A stretch of DNA of 64,000 nucleotides from Octopus bimaculoides. Its lineage: Eukaryota. The notes under the pieces are model-generated. The model made no database searches. It was not told the DNA's origin and saw only the letters and a list, made by a program, of their open reading frames with translations. Positions 53,416 through 64,000 of this stretch are shown in pieces. The stretch is taken from contig NC_068993.1 in the NCBI RefSeq assembly GCF_001194135.2, positions 14,120,524 to 14,184,523 on the forward strand. The letters run 5' to 3'. Numbering within the stretch: position 1 is the stretch's first letter; every line of letters starts with the position of its first letter. The position numbers and the translations under genes are program-made.

Positions 53416-56400
53416 TTGTCAAGTGTCACTTCAAGACTTGTGAGGGAAATTGTCTTGATAGAAACAGTGGAACTTCGTCTATTGTATATATCTACATACA
53501 CACGTTCAACACCACCGGCAGCTCCATAGAATGTTTTAGGCATTTTGTTTCCATCAAGATAAAGAAAATAACCCTTCAAACTGATGATAGATAAACAGCC
53601 TTGTGTCGTCTTGTATTTCCTCCACCTGCTTGAGAGACACTCGTAAAAGGTCATAGTCGCTACTCACACTCATTTACCTATGTTTATGCATTTTTTCGCG
53701 TAGACAGCCCCTAATTAATTCTAAACTTTAAAACACAAATTATTGATCGTCATAAAATGACAAAAAATATGTTTCATTTAGTGAGGTTTGTTACCATCTA
53801 TATATTTCTTCTTTACTTTTCCCATTTATTTTTATCATGAATGAAACGGTATTAAAATGTCACCCGCTACCTTGGATACCGGATTTTACCCCTATTAAAA
53901 TGTCAGATATGCACCTAAACGCAATAATAGGTATTTATGTGTTTTCACGTAAGCTTAAAGGGAATTCTTACAAATATGAAGTTAAATCTACACCCTTAAA
54001 ATATGGTGTAAAATAGAAAGTTGTCTCCATGTCAAATTAAAAATATAACGAACATATCTAAAAAACATTATTTAAAATGTAAAGCTGAAAGCCTATGTGT
54101 GCGCGCGGATATATATACACGCACACACCACACACACACATATATATATATATGGGTGTGTGTATGTATATATAGACGTACATATATGTGTGTGTGTATA
54201 TATCTGTGTGTGTGTGAATGAATGCATATATGTGTATATGTGAAATAAATAAACAGTAGATTGTATTTAAAATTGTGTATTGTCGCCTCTGGAAAAATTA
54301 TTTATAGATCACGTTTGAAGGATAAACCAGCACAGATATACACACGTGTGTATATGTGTATAACATGCGTATCAGTGCATAAGCGTACACACATGTACCA
54401 ATAACCTTACAGAGGAAAACAGATAATGACACACAATCACATTCGCACGCTCACACACTCATGTTGTTTGGGTTTTGTGTTCGTTTGCGAGTGGTAGAGT
54501 ACGATAGTGATAATAAGCGATGTGAATGACAGTGGTGATAGTAAAGTCGAAGGTATTGATGGTTGTGGCGTGAGAAGTCTGAATGATGTGTGTACTTCAG
54601 TTGTGGTACTGGTGATGGTGATGGTTGAAAACAATCACCAGAAAGAGAGAGAGAGANNNNNNNNNNNNNNNNNNNNNNNNNNNNNNNNNNNNNNNNNNNN
54701 NNNNNNNNNNNNNNNNNNNNNNNNNNNNNNNNNNNNNNNNNNNNNNNNNNNNNNNNNNNNNNNNNNNNNNNNNNNNNNNNNNNNNNNNNNNNNNNNNNNN
54801 NNNNNNNNNNNNNNNNNNNNNNNNNNNNNNNNNNNNNNNNNNNNNNNNNNNNNNNNNNNNNNNNNNNNNNNNNNNNNNNNNNNNNNNNNNNNNNNNNNNN
54901 NNNNNNNNNNNNNNNNNNNNNNNNNNNNNNNNNNNNNNNNNNNNNNNNNNNNNNNNNNNNNNNNNNNNNNNNNNNNNNNNNNNNNNNNNNNNNNNNNNNN
55001 NNNNNNNNNNNNNNNNNNNNNNNNNNNNNNNNNNNNNNNNNNNNNNNNNNNNNNNNNNNNNNNNNNNNNNNNNNNNNNNNNNNNNNNNNNNNNNNNNNNN
55101 NNNNNNNNNNNNNNNNNNNNNNNNNNNNNNNNNNNNNNNNNNNNNNNNNNNNNNNNNNNNNNNNNNNNNNNNNNNNNNNNNNNNNNNNNNNNNNNNNNNN
55201 NNNNNNNNNNNNNNNNNNNNNNNNNNNNNNNNNNNNNNNNNNNNNNNNNNNNNNNNNTATATATATGGCGATTCTGGGCAGGCATGGTGTTTTTAAACCT
55301 TTTTATCATAGGAGCGTGTATTTTCCACGCAGTGAATTTGCCGTCCGGCAGTTGAAATATGTCCCAAACATATTTTAACTAACTAACGTTTGCGGAGATA
55401 TGTATAATTCCTGAAGATGGAATGCACATGCTTTATCACAAATCACTACAATTGTTTCGGTGCATCAATATGTGCTGGTAATTGCTGAAAGTTACATATA
55501 TTACATTCATATGATCCAACAATAGCTCTATACACACACGTCTCTAGGTGAGAAGAGTCCAGAGCACCCCTTGATTACGTGTAATTTCTATTTATTTAAT
55601 ACCCACACTATTATGTTATGTTTAGCATTCCATTGGCAAAGAACAATACACAAATACAAAAAACTACCTTTGCCTGGAAGAATCACTAGGCATACTATTA
55701 TTCAGTGATAATATCATCAACAAGCATTCTCAAATTATTCTCGTTTTGGGTATTTGGAAGAAACCTGTGAGATATAATATAATATCAATTCATTGTTTAC
55801 TCAAAAACGTATTATTGAGATTTTTTTATTATGATGAGTATGATAAAATTGTTGTTTACCTGGATTTTGTAATTTCATAATAAGCTGTATGCGAGTAAGC
55901 TTACTTGGTTAAAAGCAAAACAACTGTAGGATAGACCTAATAACCATGACGTACACATATATATGTAGTTGCAAGACTAGGTTATAGAATGAGTATAGCC
56001 TGTGCTTTCATTGAAGCATTATTAACAGTGAATGGTCATGTCATGATATACAGAAAGGTGTAGATCTGAATGAACTAACCTTATAAGGTTACTCCCTAGA
56101 ATTTATATGTATCTTTTGTGAGCATAAGCTAAAAATTCTAAATAAATTTATATAAATATGATAAGTGATTCAATACGAAAATATTCGGAGGCTTAAAAGT
56201 AGCGGAGCATGAAATGGTATATTCACGAAAGCGAAAAATGGGTGTGTATGATTGGATAGATATATGTAAGTATAAACATATGTATGTATATTAGTGTTAC
56301 AGAAATGTATAAGTATGTAGAAAAGTGCATGCCAGCAAATCTTGCTTTAGTTGCCTCTCTTAATGACTTCTTAAGCAACTGTGACGCAGCCCGGCGACTC

Positions 56401-56959
56401 ATGCTATAAAATAACAAATAAATCTGTAACTAAATAGGGTTTGATCATCTGCCGTGCTAAGGAGCTGAACGTATACTCCTGGTTTCCTTTGAAGTGCAAA
56501 GTAATAGACACACCAAACAAATAATTGTTCATATTTATCAGTTTACAACGTTATTATCTTACAATGTCCGCATATATTCCTAAAATTCGAGACAATTCTG
56601 CTGTTAAGAATGGAGTGGAAAGGGGGGGTTCCTTTATTTTTACTTTCCTTTCTATTAATTTACTTAGTTATTTCTTCTTATTTGTATATCCGTTGACCAC
56701 TAAAAATAGTATAATTGGTGTGGGTACAAAATAGAGAGAACTAAAGATGATCTAGTAGTGCTTTGGACTCATATCACCTAAAGATGTGCACGTATATAGC
56801 TGTTGTATCATATTAATGCAATGATTTATGTATTTATAAGAAACATTCAGTAATTGACAGTTGATACTGATGAGCCGAAACAATTGGAGTGATTTCTAAT
56901 AAAACCTGTTCATTCCATCTTCTCATCTTAAAATTATTTTGCATTTTACTCTAAACTCG

Positions 56960-57175
56960 TTGGGGCTGGCCAGATTGGAGCAATCTCGAGTACAACCAGC
57001 CGAAATTACAACGATAATCTGGAACTCGAATGAGGAACGAAAACTCCGAATGACCCGTCCTTGTTTTCTTCCTATCGTCTATTTGGATATTTTCTTTTCC
57101 ACTTTTTGGTATCACGTAACTGTCTGCATGTTTTGCGTTCTTGTCCGATTTTGCATTTTACATGTATATATAAAT
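56960..57175 (+). mobile_element. Probable solo PLE terminal repeat with an eroded hammerhead
   Basis: GGCTGG (56964-69) pairs with CCAGCC (56996-57001), which is followed immediately by GAAA; the stem encloses an inner hairpin AGATTG/CAATCT. The CUGANGA strand is missing. Ends in a pyrimidine-rich tail and a (TA)/(CA) run. Confidence 0.35.
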
Positions 57176-57181
57176 TACACG

Positions 57182-57214
<33 letters not shown>

Positions 57215-58408
57215 NNNNNNNNNNNNNNNNNNNNNNNNNNNNNNNNNNNNNNNNNNNNNNNNNNNNNNNNNNNNNNNNNNNNNNNNNNNNNNNNNNNNNN
57301 NNNNNNNNNNNNNNNNNNNNNNNNNNNNNNNNNNNNNNNNNNNNNNNNNNNNNNNNNNNNNNNNNNNNNNNNNNNNNNNNNNNNNNNNNNNNNNNNNNNN
57401 NNNNNNNNNNNNNNNNNNNNNNNNNNNNNNNNNNNNNNNNNNNNNNNNNNNNNNNNNNNNNNNNNNNNNNNNNNNNNNNNNNNNNNNNNNNNNNNNNNNN
57501 NNNNNNNNNNNNNNNNNNNNNNNNNNNNNNNNNNNNNNNNNNNNNNNNNNTATATATATATACTGGTTTAAAGTCTACTAGAGCAAAATAGTTGTCATTG
57601 ATAAGTGGTTAATATTTTCGTTATTTAAAGCAATCTTTTCAATGGATGTACGTGTTATCATGGCTTTTATAACAGTTATCTTGTTTTCTTGGAGCCCAGT
57701 GCGTTGGCTAGACACGTTGTATCGATATAGTTAAGACCCATTGTCCGCTTCACATAACATGTTACAATGCTTTCACACCTCACTGGCTTTGTAATTCACT
57801 GCATTACCTCCCCTGATAAAAGCTAATAAAGACATGTGCCAATCGGCCTTTGTTGACTGGCGCGGACACATTATAAACCTAGCCTTACATCATTTCAACA
57901 TAGAGATATATTTTAAGCTTCATAGTGACCAAGATAGCTGAAAGAGACCAGAACACTGGCTTTTCTCTCAGACAAAAGCCATCGCTTTCTCTGAAGCGTT
58001 AATAACTATATTATTGTCTGTTTTCTTCAGCAAGCAATCTTGGCTGCTATGCAAAATTATATATCTTTAGTGAAACAAATCTGAGTAAAGGAAATTAAAT
58101 GAATACATAAAAAAATGCATAATTACGCTGTATTTCTTGTAGCTCACATTGTACAGTCTACTATCTAATGGAATGATCTCGAACCTCTAATATTTCTGTT
58201 TGTATTTATATTAGGCATTGGTCAATTTGTATACATTTCAATTTAATACATGTTTTTTCCTTTATTATTTTGTGAAGATTTCAATGGAAATATATATATA
58301 TATAATTTCTGCTTTTAAAACAAGTAAATCACGAACGATGAAGTCAGATATTTATTTGAGATCATTCTTTCCCTATGCAATAGTCAGTAAAACACAAAAC
58401 ATAGGCCA

Positions 58409-58790
58409 AGGCGGCGAACTGGCAGAAACGTTAACACGCCGGGGGAAATATTTAGCGGTATTTCGTCTGCCGTTACGCTCTGAGTTCAAATTCCGCCGAG
58501 GTCGAATTAAGTACCAGTTACGCACTGGAGTCGATGTATTCGACTTAAGCCCTTTGTGTATCCTTGTTTGCCCCGTCTATGTTTAGCCGCTTGTGGGCAA
58601 TAAAGAAATAAGAAACGTTAGCACGCCGGGGGAAATGCTTGGCGGTATTTCGTCTGTCTTTACGTTCTGAGGTTAAATTGCGCTGAGGTCGACTTTGCTT
58701 TTCATCGTTACGGTAAATTAAGCAGCAGTTGCGTACTGAGATCCCCTCCCGCCAAATGTCATTCCCGGACCTAGAGTGGAAAAGAATACC
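58409..58790 (+). mobile_element. Tandem dimer of SINE family B
   Basis: AGAAACGTTA(A/G)CACGCCGGGGGAAAT occurs at 58424 and 58611 (period 187); each is followed by GCGGTATTTCGTCTG..TTACG.TCTGAG. Confidence 0.88.
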
Positions 58791-59968
58791 AATCATAAGC
58801 AAATACTATTCTATTTCACACAGTATAAACACGAAATTTTGCAAATCGTGTTTCCAACGTTCTCGTTTAGATAAACATTATTCTCATCCTAGAAATATTT
58901 CACCGTTATAAATTAGCTTTTTATTTATATAAGAAACACTAACGTATTATGGGATATTTACTAGATTTACACCATCTACAAATTGCATTATAAACATTGC
59001 ATATAAAGCAACAGTAATATTTTCCTTCAGTAAAAAGTAATTGCACTGTATGGTAAATAATGCTATTTTATATAAAGGTAACGAAATATGTAACAAAACA
59101 AATCGTAATATTCAGTGCATCGTAAAATTTATTCCACATCTTATTAATATAAACTGTTGACACGTAATATGAATACTTTCGAAGTGAAAAGATTGCGAAG
59201 ACGTTTGGTTCCATTGGAAACATTGCTATTTTAAGTTATCTATATATAAGGAAAATTTAGCTCTTTGGAATTACGTGGAATTGTTATTTTGTGCAGGAAT
59301 ATATCTTTTTTTTTTACTTTTCATAACGCACAACAGAGAAACGAAAATAAAAATAAGAATGTATTTAATGAAATATTAACATATTTTGTATCAACATGTA
59401 ACAATCCCGATGTAAATTGATATCCATGTGAATTGATATCCATGTGAAGAGTAGAAATTTGATTATATGTTATAAAATTATTCATTCGCTATATCTATTT
59501 GGGTACCTAACGTGCTCTCTCACTCCCTCTCTCTCACTCTCGAGTGTGGATACATGTGTGGATATGGGTGTGAGATAGAGCAAGAAACTGTTTATTTTCA
59601 CACATTGAACACTGTCGAACGAATAAGACTAGGGACAACCACTACATGTTGCATATGATATGGTCTATTCAAAATGTAAGTTTATCGTGCACCTCGAGTT
59701 TCATGCCACAGCAAACTTCAGGAGAGAGTTCTTATAACTCGGTGTGATGGGATGGAATACGCCACCGGTATGTGTATGTGTGCGTGCGTGAGAGTGTGCA
59801 TATGTGTATGTGTCTGTGTGTGTCTTTGTGTGTTTGAGTTTGGTTCATTGATTCTATCTGTTGATTAGCCTGCTTTTTGCTTTTGCTGATTCGTTGTTTT
59901 TTTCTCCTACCACAAGCAGTTTCTTCTTGAATGACGTATCGGGGAATGGTCTCTCTGGGATGGGAGAA

Positions 59969-60185
59969 GGTCGTAAAATAAAGTACCAGTTGAGCACTGG
60001 AGCCTTTCTTAATGGAGTTTATTTAATATCTGTTTTAACGTTCTGAGTTCAAATACCTACGAGTTTGATTTTGCCTTTCATCCTTCCGGAGTCGATAAAA
60101 TAACTGCCAGTAGAACACTGCTGTGGATGCCGTCCAGGTGCTCTATCCTCTGAAATTGTTGACCTTGGGCCAAAATTTGAAATGA
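59969..60185 (+). mobile_element. SINE family B, preceded by a duplicated internal segment
   Basis: ACGTTCTGAGTTCAAATACC..TTTGCCTTTCATCCTTCCGGAGTCGATAAAATAA..GACCTTGGGCCAAAATTTGAAA. Confidence 0.8.
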
Positions 60186-60666
60186 ATATTCAATGCTGGC
60201 CTCGTAGATATGAAACATGTGTTTTCAACATGCAGCACGAGTTAGTTTGCAACTGCATTAATTTTGTTTTTTAAATTCTTGTCCTCCGGAATACGAAAAC
60301 ACTGTATCTACATACATATATATATATATATTATTACATAACATATATATGTACATATATATATATATAAGTTATGTAATAACGTTCAAACTACTTAATC
60401 ATTGACACGAAAGGTTCATTCATCATAAACGCTAAATGAATGAAATCTTGTTTACCAAATATATAAAGAACTTACCTGACCCTCCCTTCCTTCTCTAAAC
60501 ACTATAGCGCAATTCGACTTGTATCATTTTCTAAAGAGACAAAAATTATATCTGTATATGTATGTATGTATGTATGTATGTATATATGCTTGTGTGTATG
60601 TGTATACACGTATGTATGTCTGTATGTATAAATGCATGCATTCATGAATATATGTACGTATCCATG

Positions 60667-60697
<31 letters not shown>

Positions 60698-61447
60698 ATA
60701 TCTATATATCTATCAATCTGTTTTCCAATCCACTTGTCTGTCTGTATACATGTGTGCTAAAATGTGTGAGTGCGCCAGTGTATGTACACCTTTCACTGAA
60801 TATAACGTCGGTATATAGCAATACGGCAAAATAGCTGTTACTGTTTCGTACACAAGTTAAATTTGTGCATGAATTCTCTGAAAATAACACTTTGCTTTCA
60901 TTATCGTTTATTTTATAACTAAGTCGGTGCTACTTTAATAGATGTATTTGATAACTACCATCTACGATGTGTTTCACCTGTTCTTGTTTATTGTATCAAA
61001 CAAGTTATCTCTAACATAATCGGAAATACTATGTAATTAAAGAAATTTAACACGGAAATATATTGATAATAAAGATAGCGAATTCATCAGTTCATAAAAA
61101 AAAAAGATATTAATTTCAAGATTTCTTTGTGTAAATGTCAGTTTTGTTGTCTTTAGAATAATAGATTTGTGCAATACAATTCATTTTTGACGTTTAATCG
61201 ACTCACAGTAGATTTGTTTTAGTGTTAACCAATATAAGTAAATGACCCTGCTTTGGTCAATGAGATTGACTTACAAGCTGCTGTGTAAAATGTTGCGTGA
61301 TGGTTTCAACCTGATAGAAACGTTGTTCAAATCTTTCGAATATAGACAATTAGTTTTGGCACAAAGCCTGCAATTCTTTCGGGGAAGTTGGTATGTCAAT
61401 TATATCAATAAAAATAATAATAATAACAATAATAATAATGGTTTTAA

Positions 61448-61570
61448 ATTTTTCCACCAGGGCAGCAATTATGGAGGAAGGGACAAGTCAATTACATCGG
61501 CCCCAGTGTTCAAATAGTCCTTATTTTATCGACCACGAAATGATGAAAGGCAAAGTGGACCTCTGCAGAA
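61448..61570 (-). mobile_element. SINE family B, 3' part
   Basis: Reverse complement: GAGGTCCACTTTGCCTTTCATCATTTCGTGGTCGATAAAATAAGG..CACTGGGGCCGATGTAATTGACTT. Confidence 0.8.
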
Positions 61571-61595
61571 TAGTAATAATCAATAATAATAATAC

Positions 61596-61769
61596 TGAGC
61601 AGGGGTAATCGCATGGGCAGTAGACGAACTAAACAGCTTAGACAGAAAGACAAGGAAGTTGGTGACTAGATATGGGATACCCCACCCAAAAAGTGCCAAG
61701 GAAGAGAGGTGTAAGAGGACTGATTGGATGAGAAAATGTAAAAAATGCCACAGAACAACCATTACTGGA

Positions 61770-61770
<1 letters not shown>
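61596..61770 (+). mobile_element. Internal RT-region fragment of an R4/Dong-clade LINE, with deletions
   Basis: Reads AGVIAWAVDELNSLDRKTRKLVTRYGIPHPKS, then frameshifts to VPRKRGVRGLIG*EN/VKNATEQPLLE. This matches the LDRKTRK..HPKSDxDRLYxPRKxGGRGL block typical of R4/Dong post-RT regions. Confidence 0.8.
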
Positions 61771-61841
<71 letters not shown>

Positions 61842-61966
61842 GAGAAGAAGAAGAAGAAGAAGAAGAAGAAGAAGAAGAAGAAGAAGAAGAAGAAGAAGAA
61901 GAAGAAACGTGATGATGACGATAATAGTGACGACGACGACGACGACGACGACGATGATGATGATGA
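61770..61966. repeat. Compound (AAT)n-(GAA)n-(GAT/GAC)n microsatellite
   Basis: Three abutting trinucleotide runs; source of the poly-N, poly-K and poly-D ORFs. Confidence 0.95.
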
Positions 61967-62540
61967 GGTTCCCATACTAGCATTTTCATTCATCATTTCC
62001 AGGTATTGAATAATTTATTATGATTACATTTCAACTCAGTCACATAGTCGTGTAGATATCTCCAAACACCAATACATTTTTATGGATGTCGCAGATATTT
62101 ATTCTGCGAGAAAAATTTAGACTAAACAATTACATTTCGTAAAATATTTGTTTTATTATTATCTCATACGAAAATTAAATTTCCATCTCCCAGCTCTATG
62201 AAAATGTGAAACATGTTTAGACATAAAATATTTAGTACTTGGTGACCTGCTTTAAGTTATACGTGTTTGTTGGTTCATTATCTTTTTTTATTTATTGTAT
62301 CTATTGTCAGAATCTACAATTTTGTGTATCATTTTAAATCTAGCTTTTTTATGTTGTTTTCTTGCCTTGTTAAAGTTGCTTTCTGTCATATCGTCGAAAC
62401 ATGAACACATTTGCACACAGACGATCTCACAAAACATAAAGACAAGTATATATATNNNNNNNNNNACACTGACATCTCATTTCAACAGATATATTTACAT
62501 AAAATTACATATAAATACCTTGAAATACTAAAGGGTAAAT

Positions 62541-63034
62541 TTATTCAATAAAATCACCACTGGCATCAACCACGACCTCCCGACAACTTCGGAATATCCT
62601 GCAACTATTCTGCACGGTTTCCTTGTTTAAGTTGGTGAATGCTGCCATAATCCTTGCCTGCAGCCCATCTTTCGTGTTACAAGAAGTTTGGGGTTGCAAT
62701 CTGGGAAATTAGGCGGCCAGATGTTAGTGGTGATGTGGTCGCAGAAATTGCTTGACAGCCATGACTGGGATGTCCTTCTTGTGTGGCGTTGTGCAGAATA
62801 TTGTTGCCAGACCTAAGGTGTTCCACCAGCTATTCCCTTCGACCAGGACAGCACTCCCTCCTCAAGGGACTTGATGTAGGCCTCTGTGTTGGGTCTGAGA
62901 CCCTGTGGGAAAATGCATGGAGGCATAACGTCACCATCACTTGTAATCACACCAAACATTATGATGTTGTCTGGATGTTTGAATTTCATCACTCTCAGTA
63001 CATGTTTTGGGGACATGGCAATCCAACGGTTGTT
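62541..63034 (-). pseudogene. DD37D (maT-type) mariner transposase pseudogene, C-terminal half
   Basis: Reads NNRWIAMSPKHVLRVMKFKHPDNIIMFGVITSDGDVMPPCIFPQGLRPNTEAYIKSLEEGVLSWSKGIAGGTP*VWQQYSAQRHTRRTSQSWLSSNFCDHITTNIWPPNFPDCNP/QTSCNTKDGLQARIMAAFTNLNKETVQNSCRIFRSCREVVVDASGDFIE*. Contains one stop and a deletion that removes the third catalytic Asp. Confidence 0.9.
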
Positions 63035-64000
63035 CTATATGAGAGGAATGTCCAACTTCAGCATTTCGGAGAGTTGACTTATCATCGAACAAAAATAGGG
63101 CAGAAAAACAGAATGAATTTTACTGCATTTTCGGATCATTCGTTTCTATTTTTATGTTTTACTACTTTCTGTGCATTTCCAACATTTTTGTTTGTTGAAG
63201 GAAATCATTCCGAAACATGAAACTCTTCTACACTATAGAAAAAGTAAACTTCATAATGTGCACACAGTTTCATTTTACTTAAGCTTCTCATATATTTCCA
63301 GACCTCAGTATGAGCTTGTTATTTTACTTATCGACGAATCATAAATAAAAATCAAACTGAGCTGCAGTGTAACTTACCTTATATTATATAAGACTGTGTC
63401 TGTATAATCTTCTCTTTCAATAATATCCTGATTATAGAAAAGCATTCTATTTGCTTACTGAAAATTTAAACATTTGCAAATAGATTCTGCACATATCCAG
63501 AAGTAGCTTCCGCCGATGTAATTGTGCCTAAATCCTGAGTGATGCTTATTTTATTGAACATAGTAGGAGGAAGAATGATTCGACGGTTGCAGCACTTGAA
63601 ACAAAAGCATGAGTGAATATATGTGAATACTTCAATGTGTGTCCGTCTGACATCCAGCACTATGATGAATAGAGTGATATAGTAAACACTGGAGGAAAAT
63701 AAAAAAACAATGACACAAAAGTAGTGTACCTGGTTAACGAAACGCAGTATATAACTGTTTGTTTTATTGTGATTAGCAGGAAGAAATCGAAAGTAAAGTA
63801 CTTACAGTATTTTATTGTATCGGTGTTTTCTCAATTCTTGTCTACTAGCTTGGGAACTGCTGGAGGAATTAGGTTATTTTTAATGTAGTGTAAATGCTTC
63901 CAATACAACTTTAACTTATGTAATTTGCATCAACTTTCACACACAGCTCTATATAATATCAACCGAAAATGTAGCCTGGTGTCTCGAAGCAGATTAAGAA

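Noticed and set aside
56867-56881. CTGATGAGCCGAAAC as a hammerhead core
   Set aside because: No stem II, stem I or NUH site; roughly one such match is expected by chance in a window this size.
59415-59446. 16-bp tandem duplication
   Set aside because: Ordinary slippage duplication.

Overview
AT-rich eukaryotic DNA from a draft assembly. It has 17 N-gaps, mostly flanked by (TA)n or (GA)n, and very dense microsatellites. The repeat families and microsatellite load point to a cephalopod, probably Octopus (inference, partly from recall). No protein-coding gene, RNA gene or CRISPR array can be called with confidence; almost all listed ORFs are microsatellite or gap artefacts. What the sequence supports: (1) about 20 copies of two tRNA-derived SINE families, here called A and B; (2) two decayed DD37D (maT-type) mariner transposases; (3) a Penelope-like element (PLE) with a Cys-rich linker, a GIY-YIG endonuclease remnant and a minimal hammerhead-ribozyme (HHR)-like motif in its 3' terminal region; (4) two R4/Dong-type LINE fragments tied to (AAT)n tracts; (5) a possible hAT MITE. 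The most unusual object is a 145-bp palindrome at 13296-13440. Each arm carries an outward-facing HHR-like core, and the two arms' lesions are complementary. Two more HHR-like motifs occur at about 40.4 and 57.0 kb. Several short minus-strand segments with good splice signals suggest the window may be intronic, but I could not assemble them into an identifiable protein.
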